DNA of 64,000 nt from Eledone cirrhosa (taxonomy: Eukaryota). Below the pieces are notes generated by a model. The model was not told the DNA's origin, ran no database searches, and saw only the letters and a list, made by a program, of their open reading frames with translations. The DNA is taken from assembly GCA_964016885.1 (NCBI GenBank), contig OZ024765.1, positions 11,718,001 to 11,782,000 on the forward strand, given 5' to 3'. A program made the translations under genes and the position numbers. This document shows, piece by piece, positions 42,610 through 57,709 of this stretch (positions are counted from its first letter, which is position 1; every line of letters begins with the position of its first letter).

Positions 42610-43567
42610 TAAATAACATCATGTGTCTGCTCTACAAGGGCTGACCTAGGGTTAAACAACATCATGTATATGATGGGGATTCTTTTGATCATGTGTCTGC
42701 TCTACAAGGGCTGACCTAGGGTTAAACAACATCATGTATATGATGGGGATTCTTTTGATCATGTGTCTGCTCCACTAGGGCTGACCTAGGGTTAAACAAC
42801 ATCATGTATATGATGGGGATTCTTTTGATCATGTCTCTGCTCCACTAGGGCTGACCTAGGGTTAAACAACATCATGTATATGATGGGGATTCTTTTGATC
42901 ATGTGTCTGCTCCACTAGGGCTGACCTAGGGTTAAACAACATCATGTATATGATGGGGATTCTTTTGATCATGTCTCTGCTCCACTAGGGCTGACCTAGG
43001 GTTAAACAACATCATGTATATGATGGGGATTCTTTTGATCATGTGTCTGCTCCACTAGGGCTGACCTAGGGTTAAACAACATCATGTATATGATGGGGAT
43101 TCTTTTGATCATGTCTCTGCTCCACTAGGGCTGACCTAGGGTTAAACAACATCATGTATATGATGGGGATTCTTTTGATCATGTCTCTGCTCCACTAGGG
43201 CTGACCTAGGGTTAAACAACATCATGTATATGATGGGGATTCTTTTGATCATGTGTCTGCTCCACTAGGGCTGACCTAGGGTTAAACAACATCATGTATA
43301 TGATGGGGATTCTTTTGATCATGTGTCTGCTCTACAAGGGCTGACCTAGGGTTAAACAACATCATGTATATGATGGGGATTCTTTTGATCATGTGTCTGC
43401 TCCACTAGGGCTGACCTAGGGTTAAACAACATCATGTATATGATGGGGATTCTTTTGATCATGTGTTTGCTCTAGAAGGTCTGACCTAGGGTTAAACAAC
43501 ATGGCTATGATATGAATTTTTTTGATCATGTGTCTAATCCACTAGGGCTGACCTAGGGTTAAACAAC
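42610..43567. repeat. 70-bp minisatellite (~13 copies)
   Basis: atcatgtata at 42661, 42731, 42801... Confidence 0.95.
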
Positions 43568-43634
43568 TTTTTGGGTCACCCCCTCATGCCCATGTGGTCC
43601 CTCAGCACCCCAACCCTAACCTTAACCCTATTAC

Positions 43635-44006
43635 CAGAGAGACCTGCCTACATGCAAATTGTAAATAATATATAAGGTCCCGCCTTCTGCATCTAGAATA
43701 AGGAGCAGATATTGCAATAGCCTAGGGTTCAAGGGCCCTCAACTCTTCAACAAGCTGCCAAGGGATCTGGGAGATCTTCATGATGTGGAGGTGGATGTCT
43801 TCAAGAAACATCTCGACACCTTGCTATCCTGGATCCCGAATGAGCCCACAGCAAGGTACGAGGGAAACCTAAGGGCAGGAGCAACAAACTCCCTTTTGCA
43901 CCAGTGACCAACCAATACAGGCTGGAGATAAAATGTGTAGCAACAAGGGCGGTGCCCCAGCATGTCCTCAGCCGGATGGCGGGAACAGGTAAAAGAGTAA
44001 TAAATA
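43635..44006 (+). mobile_element. CR1-group LINE 3' end
   Basis: LGFKGPQLFNKLPRDL..DVFKKHLDTLLSWIPNEPT...ATNSLLHQ* then short UTR. Confidence 0.75.
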
Positions 44007-44234
44007 AAATCGTCAATTCATATATAATAAATATAATATGTATAAATAAATATTATATATATTTTTATTTTACTATATTTATATATATATATATATATAA
44101 TATGTATCATTTGATATTTAATATACTATTATATCATCTCTACCGCCCTTCCACTGCTACCTTAGGCTCCAGCACCCCTGGACCTTCTCAAACCCCCTCG
44201 AGAGTGGGTAGCACCCATATTGAGAACCTCTGCT

Positions 44235-45070
44235 CTATACAATTGCCACCAAACTCTCACAACATATTTACAAGATCTTCTTGACCTCTCTTCATCATCT
44301 TGACCTTTTGACTAGCACTGATTTAAATAATCACCACCAAACTCACACAACACATTTACAAGACCTTCCTGACCTCTTCCCATTACCATGACCTTTTGAC
44401 CAGCACTGCATTATACAATCGCCACCAAACTCACACAACATATTTACAAGACCTTCTTGACCTCTTACCATTACCATGACCTTTTGACCAGCACTGCTTT
44501 ATACAATCGCCACCAAACTCACACAACATATTTACAAGACCTTCTTGACCTCTTACCACTATCTTGACCTTTTGACCAGCACTGCTTTATACAATCGCCA
44601 CCAAACTCACACAACATATTTCCAAGACCTTCTTGACCTCTTACCACTATCTTGACCTTTTGACCAGCACTGCTTTATACAATCGCCACCAAACTCACAC
44701 AACATATTTACAAGACCTTCTTGACCTCTTACCACTATCTTGACCTTTTGACTAGCACTGCTTTATACAATCGCCACCAAACTCACACAACATATTTACA
44801 AGACCTTCTTGACCTCTTACCACTATCTTGACCTTTTGACTAGCACTGCTTTATACAATCGCCACCAAACTCACACAACATATTTCCAAGACCTTCTTGA
44901 CCTCTTACCACTATCTTGACCTTTTGACCAGCACTGCTTTATACAATCGCCACCAAACTCACACAACATATTTACAAGACCTTCTTGACCTCTTACCACT
45001 ATCTTGACCTTTTGACCAGCACTGCTTTATACAATCACCACCAAACTCACACAATACATTCACAAGACTT
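44235..45070. repeat. 88-bp minisatellite (~9.5 copies)
   Basis: atacaatcgc at 44501, 44589, 44677... Confidence 0.95.
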
Positions 45071-45681
45071 TTATAACCTTTTATCTCTATCATCTTCATC
45101 ATTTAATGGCAGGTAAATGATGATGATGATGATAAGAGATAAGTAACTTCTTTTCATAAGAGCTCACATTTGATAAGCTATTTTATAGAATCTCTGCATA
45201 TGAACACACTATGCCAGTGTGGTAACATGGACATTAAACGGTGATGATAATGATATATATATATATACCTATATATATATACAAGGGTCTTGTTTCAGGG
45301 GGGTGCCAGGGGACACCCCCCCCCCCCACACACACACACACACACTTTTTCAAACCTCTATGTTTTATATTTTGTTTATTTGATATAATAAATTTTTTTT
45401 CAACTTATTTTTTTATAACTGAACTTCATTTGAATATATTAAAATTTAATTAGCGTAAAACTTTACTTATGTGATAGGGTCCAGGAAAGGCACCAAGGGC
45501 AGGTTATGCTCCTTTAAGAATCAACAAATGTTGGTTTGTCCCCCCTCACATTTTAAAGGCAAATGAGGCCCCTGTATATGTATGTATGTATACAAATGTT
45601 TAGACTTTTTTTTACTCCTATATCAAGCGTTGAACTAATACAGATCTTTATTGTACAGTATCGTTTGGTGTGTTATACAAT

Positions 45682-45714
<33 letters not shown>

Positions 45715-46044
45715 ATATATCGGTGTGTGTGTATATATATATTTATATATGGGTATGTGTGCATGTGTGTGTATATATATATATAATATATATATATATA
45801 TATTAATGGAGTGGTCCTTTTTAATTGTAATACTCAACATTTGATCGAAACTGGTAATACTTTATATACATTATATACTTTATATATATTATATACATTA
45901 TATACTTTATATACTTTATAAAACTCTTTTTTAAAAGAATTGTCCCTCTCATTATTTCAATAATGTCACTTTGACGAATCAAAGAAAGGGGAAAAAAGAA
46001 AAACAGACCCTAAAATATATTTTCCGTGCTATTTCCAATTGCAA

Positions 46045-46179
<135 letters not shown>

Positions 46180-46190
46180 GCATGTGTATG

Positions 46191-46985
<795 letters not shown>

Positions 46986-47451
46986 TACTTTTGACAATGG
47001 CAATGTATATATAATATACATGTGTATATATAATATACATGTGTATATTATATATATATCATGCATATAAAAATTCTAAAAGCCCCACCCGACTCCTACT
47101 TTAGGGTCACAGTTGATTGGTTCACCTGTTGCCAGGTGTTGGGGACATACCTGGTTTAAATTATTGATAGGTAGAGGGTCCTGGGTAGAGAAAAGGTTAG
47201 AAACCACAGTTGTCTTGAAACACAGGCACTCTCTCTCTCTATATATATATAACACCTGTGGAGTGTGTGTGTATGTGTGTGTACATGTGTGTATGTACAT
47301 GCGTGTGTGTATGTGTGTGTGTGTGTGTGTGCATGTGTGTGTGTGTATGCGTGTGTGTGTACATATGTGTGTGTACATGTGTGTGTGTGCGTGTGTACAT
47401 GTGTGTGTGTGTACATGTGTGTGTGTGTGTGTGTGTGTGTCACCTACTGAC

Positions 47452-47473
47452 CTGGTACTGATGTAAACATAAA
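47452..47473 (-). CDS. Probable 22-nt microexon (FMFTSVP + 1 nt), in frame with the 50062 exon
   Basis: Minus strand: ~330-nt pyrimidine-rich tract ending cacttctgcag|TTTATGTTTACATCAGTACCAG|gtcagt, followed by a (CA)n tract. Confidence 0.5.
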
Positions 47474-48129
47474 CTGCAGAAGTGAGGTGGGAGGGAGTGT
47501 GAGGGAGAGTGTGAGGGAGAGTGTGAGGGAGAGTGTGAGGGAGAGAGAGGGGGGGAGTAAGAAGAAGAAGGAAAAGAAAGAGAAAAGAAGGAGAACAAGA
47601 ACAAGGAAAAGGAAAAAAGAAGGAAAAAAAGGAAAAGAAAGGGACACCAACAACAAGAAAATCAAAAAAAAAAGTATAAAAAGTGCAGGAGAAGGAAGAG
47701 AAGAAAGAGATGAAGAGAAAAGAGAAGAAGAAGAAGACGAGGAAGAAGAAAGCAAAAGAAAAAGAGGGAGAGAAAAAAGTGGGGGAAGGGGAAAAGACAT
47801 GTTGAGGAAATAATGAAATGATGATGATTAAAACAACAACAACAACAACAATAATAATAATTTCTCCCTCTTATTATTATGGCAGAATCGGTAGAGGGTC
47901 GGACGCCATGCTTTGCAGCATAGAGTTACGTCCCTTTACGTTCTAAGTTCCAATCCCGCCGAGGTTAACTTTGCCTTTCACCCATACGGGGTCGATAAAA
48001 TAAAGTACCAGTAATACACTGGGGCAATTGGCCTTGTGACAATAGTAGAAACAATTATTATTTTACAGGGTCAATAAAATAAAGTACCCGTAATGCACTG
48101 GGGTCGATTTAATTGACTTTCCCCTCCCC

Positions 48130-48620
48130 CATAATTGCTGGCCTTGTGCCTAAATCAGAAACCCTTATTATTATTATTTATAGTTATTATTTATAGATAT
48201 TATTATTTTACGGGGTTTATACAATACCAGTAATACACTGGGGTAATTGCTGGCCTTGTGCCTAAAGTAGAAACCCTTATTATTATTATTTATAGTTATT
48301 ATTTATAGATATTATTATTTTACGGGGTTTATACAATACCAGTAATACACTGGGGTAATTGCTGGCCTAGTGCCTAAATCAGAAACCCTTATTATTATTA
48401 TTTATAGTTATTATTTATAGATATTATTATTTTACGGGGTTTATACAATACCAGTAATACACTGGGGTAATTGCTGGCCTTGTGCCAAAAGTAGAAACAA
48501 TTATTATTATTATTTATAGTTATTATTTATAGATATTATTATTTTACGGGGTTTATACAATACCAGTAATACACTGGGGTGATTGCTGGCCTTGTGCCAA
48601 AAGTAGAAACAATTATTATT
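48130..48620. repeat. 112-bp array of a SINE B tail (4 copies)
   Basis: cggggtttata at 48211, 48323, 48435, 48547. Confidence 0.9.
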
Positions 48621-49354
48621 AGTGTTGTCTTGAGCCCTTGTGGCCAATAGAAGATCACCTCTATTAGTGTTGTTGTTGTTGTTGTTGCTGTTGTTGCTGT
48701 TGTCACTGCTGTTGTTGTTGCTGTCGCTGCTGTTGTTGTTGCTGTTGTTGTTGCTGTCGCTGCTGTTGTTGTCGTCGTCATTATTTATTTATTTATTTAT
48801 TTATTGATTTGCATTGATTTCTGTGATACAATAAATGCAACAACAACAACAACAACAGCAATACCAAGTGTAAGATTCATTGCAATCATAACCCCCCCAC
48901 CAACATCTCCACCACCACCATCACTACCACCACCCACACCACCACCCACACCAACACCTCCACCACCACCACCACCATTATCACCACTATCACCACCCAC
49001 ACCACCACCATCACTATTTTCACCACCACCACCACCATTATCACCACCATCACCACCACCACCACCATTATCACCACCATCACTACCACCACCCACACCA
49101 ACACCTCCACCACCACCACCCACACCAACACCTCCACCACCACCACCCACACCAACACCTCCACCACCACCACCCACACCAACACCTCCACCACCACCAC
49201 CCACACCAACACCTCCACCACCACCATCATCATTGTCACCACCACTGTTATCAGCATCATCATCATCTTCATCCTAATTAAAATCCTCATCATCATTATC
49301 ATCAAAACATATATATATGCATATATATATAATATATGCATACATACACACATA

Positions 49355-49422
<68 letters not shown>

Positions 49423-49500
49423 AAATTTACATTATATATATATATATATATATAAAGGTATAAACATACATCTATATATATATATAAGGTATAAATATAC

Positions 49501-49554
<54 letters not shown>

Positions 49555-49563
49555 AAACATACA

Positions 49564-49615
<52 letters not shown>

Positions 49616-49720
49616 AAACATACATCTATATATATATATATAAGGTATAAATATACATTATATATATATATATATATATATATATCTGTGTGTATATATA
49701 TATATAAGGTATACATATAC

Positions 49721-49788
<68 letters not shown>

Positions 49789-49792
49789 ATAA

Positions 49793-49831
<39 letters not shown>

Positions 49832-49841
49832 AAATATACAT

Positions 49842-49925
<84 letters not shown>

Positions 49926-50011
49926 GAAAGAGAGGAAGAGAGAGAGAGGATATAAAGGTGTGTGTGTGATATAAATGTGTGTGTGTGTGTTAGATACATA
50001 TTTACGCTTAC

Positions 50012-50062
50012 CTTTCGGCGTCGGGGACTTAAAGATCCTTTCGGCTTCTGAGCAAGAGCCAT
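50012..50062 (-). CDS. Probable first coding exon of an unidentified gene (MALAQKPKGSLSPRRRK)
   Basis: Minus strand reads acaccATGG (strong Kozak), 17 open codons, then AAG|gtaagc donor (phase 0). It is a complex, CpG-containing island amid microsatellites. Protein not recognised. Confidence 0.6.
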
Positions 50063-50174
50063 GGTGTGTATATATGTATGTATATGTATTTATATAGAAG
50101 GATCTATACACACACATGTATATATACATATATATATGTGTGTGTGTGTGTGTGTATATTTGTATATTTTTTAA

Positions 50175-50239
<65 letters not shown>

Positions 50240-50548
50240 ATATGTATGTATGTATTCAAATATGTGTGATTATGTGTATGTATACATACACAAGTATGTA
50301 TGTATATATGTTATATATATATATATGTGTGTGTATGTTTTTATGTATATATGTATGTTTTTATGTATATATATATATATATATGTATGTGTATGTAAAA
50401 ATATATGTGTGCGTGTATGTATTTATGTATGCGTGCATGTATTTATGTATGTGTGTGTGTGTATATGTATGTATGTTTATGTATGCATGTATGTATGTAT
50501 TCTACGTATAGAAAAACTTGCTCCCGGCGGTAGTAGTAGTAGTAGTAA

Positions 50549-50588
<40 letters not shown>

Positions 50589-50808
50589 GGTAACAGACAC
50601 AGTTCAAATACTTATAAGCTCCAGTGATCAGTGTATTATTGGTGATGGCACACTTTACAATTGTTGTTGTTGTTGTTGTTGTAGTAGTGGAGGTGGTGGT
50701 GGTGGTGGCTGTTGTTGTTGTGGTTGTTGTTGAGGGCGTTTGGTTGAATTTTGGTTATGGTTTTGCCTAATCCGAAGTGGACTTGGCACCACAGTAGTGG
50801 CAGTAGCA

Positions 50809-51620
50809 TAAAGTTTCCTGTAGTGGTTTGGTGTGGTGTGGTATATGGTATATTATGCTAAGGTATATTTATATAGAGGGATTTATATACACACATGCAT
50901 ATATACACATATCTGTGTGCGTGTGTGTATATTTGTGTATTTTTTTTGTATAATGTTTAGTATATGTAAGTATGTATTCAAATATGTAAGTATGTATTCG
51001 ATTATGTGTATACATGCATACACAAGTATGTATGTATATATGCTGTTATATATATATGTATGTATAAATATATGCGTAAAGTTTCCTGTAGTGGTTTGGT
51101 GTGGTGTGGTATGCTATATTATGCTAAGGTATATTTATATAGAGGGATTTATATACACACATACATATATACACATATGTGTGTGTGTGTGTGTATATTT
51201 GTGTATTTTTTTTGTATATTTTTTAGTATATGTAAGTATGTATTCGATTATGTGTATGCATGCATACGCAAGTATGTATGTATATATGCTGTTATATATA
51301 TATGTATGTATAAATATATGCGTAAAGTTTCCTGTAGTGGTTTGGTGTGTTGTGGTATGCTATATTATGCTAAGGTATATTTATATAGAGGGATTTATAT
51401 ACACACATACATATATACACATATGTGTGTGTGTGTGTGTGTATATTTGTGTATTTTTTTGTTGTATATTTTTTAGTATATGTAAGTATGTATTCAAATA
51501 TGTAAGTATGTATTCGATTATGTGTATGCATGCATACACAAGTATGTATGTATATATGCTGTTATATATATATGTATGTATAAATATATGCGTAAAGTTT
51601 CCTGTAGTAGTTTGGTGTGC
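50809..51620. repeat. ~250-270-bp tandem triplication
   Basis: taaagtttcctgtagt at about 50809, 51077, 51323, 51593. Confidence 0.9.
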
Positions 51621-51728
51621 TGTATTATGGTAAGGTACTCTGTGTTGGTGATGTTATAGAGTTAATAGGGCAGTAATATCTTACTCCGATATATATACAC
51701 ATGTATGTATGCAAGTACCAAAATCACA

Positions 51729-51764
<36 letters not shown>

Positions 51765-51877
51765 AGTTTTGGTAGATATATAAGAAAAAAAACAACCAAC
51801 ACTTAGTATGAAAGTTGAGAATATTTACATATATATATATATAAATAAATATATATATATATATATATATAATTATA

Positions 51878-51908
<31 letters not shown>

Positions 51909-52115
51909 GTATGTATGTATATACGTGTGTGTGTGTGTATGTACTTGTGTGTATGCGTTCGATTAAATTTGCATATGTAAATATATCTGCACAAGTGTGG
52001 GTGTTTTGGATGTGCATATATCTATATTTAAATATACATATAGTATATGTAATATATATTTTAATGTATATTTATGTGCATATGCATATACACCATGCAT
52101 TTTATAACACCTACA

Positions 52116-52155
<40 letters not shown>

Positions 52156-52209
52156 TGTATGTATGTGTGTAGAACTATATGTATATCAACATATATGTAT
52201 TTTTATGTA

Positions 52210-52281
<72 letters not shown>

Positions 52282-52282
52282 A

Positions 52283-52319
<37 letters not shown>

Positions 52320-52988
52320 TGTGTATATATATATATATATATACATGTAATATGTATTTTTATATATGCATGTCTATGTGCATGTATACAAAGTACAGTG
52401 GAGATGCATGTGTGAGTGCATGTGTGTGTGTTTGCGTCTGTTTATGTTTGTGTGTGCATGTGTGTGTGTTTGTGTATGTCCATGTGTGTGTTTATCTGTG
52501 CATGTGTGTGTTTGTCTGTGCATGTGTGTGTGTGTGTGCATGTGTGTGTGTGTGTGCATGTGTGTGTGTGTTATACTATTATTAGTTTTAGTAGTAGCAG
52601 CAGTCTTATTCCAGTGCTGGGCATCATTATCATATCCAGTAGTAGTAGTAGTAGTAGTAACCTCAGTAGTAGTGTAGTTGTGGTAGTAGTAGTAGTAGTA
52701 GCTGTTGTTGTTGCTGTAGTAGTAGTAACAGTAGTAGTAGTAGCTGTTGTTGTTGCTGTAGTAGGAGTTATAGTAATAGTAGTAGTAATAACAGTAGCAG
52801 TAGCAGTAGTTGTAGTAGTAGTAGTAACAGTAGTAGTAGTAGTAGCTGTTGTTTTTGCTGTAGTAGTAGCAGTAGTAGTAATAGAAGTAGCAGTAGTAGT
52901 AGAAGTAGCAGTAGTAATAGTAGTATTTATTGAAGTAGAAGTAGATGTTGTATTAGTAGCAGTAGTGGTAGTAATAGTAGCGGGTGTA

Positions 52989-53030
<42 letters not shown>

Positions 53031-53169
53031 AGGACAGCAGCAATAACAGCAGCAGCAACAGCAGAAACAACAGCAGCAGCAGTAGTAACAAACACACACA
53101 CTTTTGAAAGTTCCGTGAATGAAGTTGGACGGCACAAAATACAGCCACAACTGACTGAGTCTCTGTGGA

Positions 53170-54007
53170 AAAACCAAACTCCTTGACACAACACGATACT
53201 CTACATCCAAACTATTTGTAAATATGACAAGCTGGGTTCAAATAGCCGTGAAAGGTTTACTACAGAACGTCCCTCCAAAAACCAAACTCCTTGACACAAC
53301 ACGATACTCTACATCCAAACTATTTGTAAATATGACAAGCTGGGTTCAAATAGCTGTGAAAGGTTTACTACAGAATGTCCCTCCAAAAACCAAACTCCTT
53401 GACACAACACGATACTCTACATCCAAACTATTTGTAAATATGACAAGCTGGGTTCAAATAGCTGTGAAAGGTTTACTACAGAATGTCCCTCCAAAAACCA
53501 AACTCCTTGACACAACACGATACTCTACATCCAAACTATTTGTAAATATGACAAGCTGGGTTCAAATAGCTGTGAAAGGTTTACTACAGAACGTCCCTCC
53601 AAAAACCAAACTCCTTGACACAACACGATACTCTACATCCAAACTATTTGTAAATATGACAAGCTGGGTTCAAATAGCTGTGAAAGGTTTACTACAGAAC
53701 GTCCCTCCAAAAACCAAACTCCTTGACACAACACGATACTCTACATCCAAACTATTTGTAAATATGACAAGCTGGGTTCAAATAGCTGTGAAAGGTTTAC
53801 TACAGAACGTCCCTCCAAAAACCAAACTCCTTGACACAACACGATACTCTACATCCAAACTATTTGTAAATATGACAAGCTGGGTTCAAATAGCTGTGAA
53901 AGGTTTACTACAGAACGTCCCTCCAAAAACCAAACTCCTTGACACAACACGATACTCTACATCCAAACTATTTGTAAATACACAAGCTGGGTTCAAATAG
54001 CTGTGAA
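53170..54007. repeat. 108-bp near-perfect minisatellite (~7.7 copies)
   Basis: 36-aa repeat ORF 53224-54000; units differ at only 1-2 positions. Confidence 0.95.
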
Positions 54008-54548
54008 GGGTAGTAGGTAGGTAGGTGCTCCAGGGCTTTCCGTGTTTAAGGGAAGGTCGTGGAAGGAAGGGCTGTTACAAGAGGTCCTGGTGTTGGATTG
54101 CGTGAGGCAGCAGACATCTGAATTTTACCAGTTAACTACCCATCAAGGCTGACGAAGCTTTCTCTGTCTCTGGGTGTGCCCCAGCATAGCATGTGTCCAA
54201 TGACTGAAACTTGTACAAGTGTATGTATGTATGAATGTATATATATATATATATATATGTATGTATATATATATATTACATATATTAATATGTATGTATG
54301 TATGTATATGTATGTATGAATGTATAAATATATCTGTATGAATGTATATATATATATATGTATGTATATATATATATATTACATATATTAATATGTATGT
54401 ATGTATATGTATATAGGAATGTATAAATATATCTGTATGTATGTGTATATATATATATGTATATATATATAATTGCTTAAGGTTTTCCCTTAAAAAATTG
54501 TTTTTCATTTAGTTTTGTTTCAGTTTGTTTATAATTTTCATAAGTTTT

Positions 54549-54601
<53 letters not shown>

Positions 54602-54646
54602 GTGTATATATATATATTTAGAGAGAGAGAGAGGCGTTAAATGATG

Positions 54647-54698
<52 letters not shown>

Positions 54699-55059
54699 TA
54701 TATATGTAAAAGTTAAACAGAAATAACACAAACGGTACAGAATATGGAAGGAATATATGTGGAATATATGTGTGTTTGTGTATGTGTGTGTGTGTGTGTG
54801 TGTCTGTGAGTGTGTAAGTGCATCCGTTTGTATTATTAAGCTCCAGGCTGGCCCTGGCTGAGCAGTATATCCATTAGTAGTGTATCTCGGACTATATTAT
54901 TCAATGTCTTGTAGCTTTTAAGGTGGTAGGATGTGATTTTGAGAGAAACTTTGGCTGCTATTTCTAGCAGATCTGGCTATCATGTAGCAGTCTCTTTTCT
55001 GTTTGCAAAGGATTTTGTGTGTCTGTGTGTTTGTTTAATTTTATGTATGTGTTTATATA

Positions 55060-55470
55060 TAATGTGTGTGTGTGGTTGTGTGTGTTTGTGAATGTGTATG
55101 TATGTTTACATTTAGTGTGTATGTGTGTGTCTAAGTATGTGTTTATATTTAATGTGTGTGTGTGTTTGTGAATGTGTATGTATGTTTACATTTAGTGTGT
55201 ATGTGTGTGTCTAAGTATGTGTTTATATTTAATGTATGTGTGTGTTTGTGAATGTGTATGTATGTTTACATTTAGTGTGTATGTGTGTGTCTAAGTATGT
55301 GTTTATATTTAATGTATGTGTGTGTTTGTGAATGTGTATGTATGTTTACATTTAGTGTGTATGTGTGTGTCTAAGTATGTGTTTATATTTAATGTATGTG
55401 TGTGTTTGTGAATGTGTATGTATGTTTACATTTAGTGTGTATGTGTGTGTCTAAGTGTTTATATTTAATG
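55060..55470. repeat. 80-bp microsatellite-derived array
   Basis: tgtgtttgtgaatgtgtatg at 55081, 55161, 55241, 55321, 55401. Confidence 0.9.
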
Positions 55471-55886
55471 TGTGTGTATGTATGTGTTTATATATGTGTG
55501 TGTGTGTTTGTGAATGTGTATATATGTTTACATGTAGTGTGTATGTGTGTGTAAGTAGGTGTTTATATTTAATGTGTGTGTGTGTATGTGTTTACATTTA
55601 ACGTGTGTGTTATGTATGTGTATATGTTTATGTTAGTGTGTTTGTATATATGTTTATGATTGTGTTTGTGTGTGTGCATGTTTATGTTAGTGTGTGTAGT
55701 AGTAGTAGTAGTAGTGGGAGTAGTAGCAGCAGCAGTAGTAGTAGTAGTAGTGGTGGTGGTGGTGGTGGTGGTAGTAGTAGTTGTGGAAGCAGTAGTAGTA
55801 GTAGTAGTAGTAGTAATAGTAGTAGCTGTAGTAGTGGTAGTAGTAGTGGTATTAGCAGTAGTAGTAGTAGTAGCAGTGGTAGTATC

Positions 55887-55930
<44 letters not shown>

Positions 55931-56529
55931 TGGTAGAGGTGGTAAAATCCGACCAGTGATGCAAGCTTTCCGTGATCCATGCCTGGAATACGCACCTCTT
56001 CCCTGTCAGACTTAACAATGACAACAGTACTCTCCTACACCACCACCACTACCACCACCACCACCACCACAGCCACTACCACCACTACCACCACCACCAC
56101 AGCCACTACCACCACCACCATTACCAGCACCACCACCATCACTTCCACTACCACTACTAGCAACAACAAAACTACCACTACCAGCAGCACGACCACGACC
56201 ACCACAACCAAAACCACCAACACCACCACCACCAACACAACACCACTGACATCTCACCACCACCACCACCACCTTCAATGCCAACACCATCTCAGCAAAA
56301 CCTTTACCAACAAGGACACCACCACCACAAGCACCACCACCATTAGCACCACCACCACAACTACTACCAACAAACACCACTATAACCAACCTCACTGCCA
56401 CCCCAAATCAGCGCCACATCAACAACAATAACAACTATGGTCATTTGACATTCTAGAAATAGCTGCTAAAACTTTCCTCCTTCTTCACCAACTTATTCCC
56501 GACACAATTGTGAAGTAAAAGTCATCAGA

Positions 56530-57495
56530 TACACCCTTTCAAGGGGTTCTGCCAGAAGCACCCATCCCAATTGATCTAGCTGGAACCCCAATCAGCTGGA
56601 ACCCCAATTATCTAACAATCTTGTTTGGGGATCTACCACTGGGTCTCCTGTCAGTTGGTTTTGGCTGTATAATCAGTCCTGAAATTCTTTCCTTAGACAT
56701 TCTGACAACATGCCCATAGTACTGATAGTACTGGAGCTGTGATTCGTCAATTTGGAGAAGTAGCGGCTCTACCTGGAGTGACTCTCTGATCTCCGAGCTA
56801 CAAATCTGTCCAGCGATTCTTTCTTGAAACATTCTAACCACATGTCCATAGTATTGGAGCTGTGAACTCTCAATTCAGAGAAGTAGCAGCTCTACCTGGA
56901 GTGACTCTCTGATCTCCAAGCTACAAATCTGTCCAGCGATTCTTTCTTGAAACATTCTAACCACATGTCTATAGTATTGGAGCTGTGATCTCTCAATTCA
57001 GAGAAGTAGCAGCTCTACCTGGAGTGACTCTCTGATCTCCAAGCTACAAATCTGTCCAGCGATTCTTTCTTGAAACATTCTAACCACATGTCTATAGTAT
57101 TGGAGCTGTGATCTCTCAATTCAGAGAAGTAGCAGCTCTACCTGGAGTGACTCTCTGATCTCCAAGCTACAAATCTGTCCAGCGATTCTTTCTTGAAACA
57201 TTCTAACCACATGTCTATAGTATTGGAGCTGTGATCTCTCAATTCAGAGAAGAAGCAGCTCTACCTGGAGTGAATCTCTGATCTCCGAGCTACAAATCTG
57301 TCCAGCGATTCTTTCCTGAGACATTCTAACCACACGTCTGTAGTATCAGGGTTGTGACCTCTCAATTCAGTGAAGTACCAGCTCTACTTGGTGTGATTCT
57401 CTGATCTCTGAGGTACACCCTCTATCATGTAATGTTACACCAATCTAAAGACCCTTCATAGAAATCCCATTTTAGGCGCTTGTATTTGTGATCAT
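56530..57495 (-). mobile_element. RTE relic with 123-bp array
   Basis: EIRESLQVEPLLLQI..SQLQYY..GHVVRM; period 123. Confidence 0.85.
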
Positions 57496-57709
57496 ATTCT
57501 TTTGGTCTTTACTCAAAATTTGTTATCATAGGTAAGACTAGACACAGACATCAAATTGCAGATAGCAATTTTGGCTTTTACACCTACTTCCCTTCCTCTG
57601 ATTGCAGAGAGCTGAAGTTGGCACATTACTGCAACACCTCCACCAACACTCTCCCATCACCATGAAAATCAATGACACCAGCGAGATTTGAACACCAATA
57701 TAATAGTAA

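Noticed and set aside
41400-43567. CRISPR-like regular repeats
   Set aside because: No unique spacers; eukaryotic tandem arrays.
43610-43632. Telomeric CCCTAA repeats
   Set aside because: Only about 3 imperfect units.
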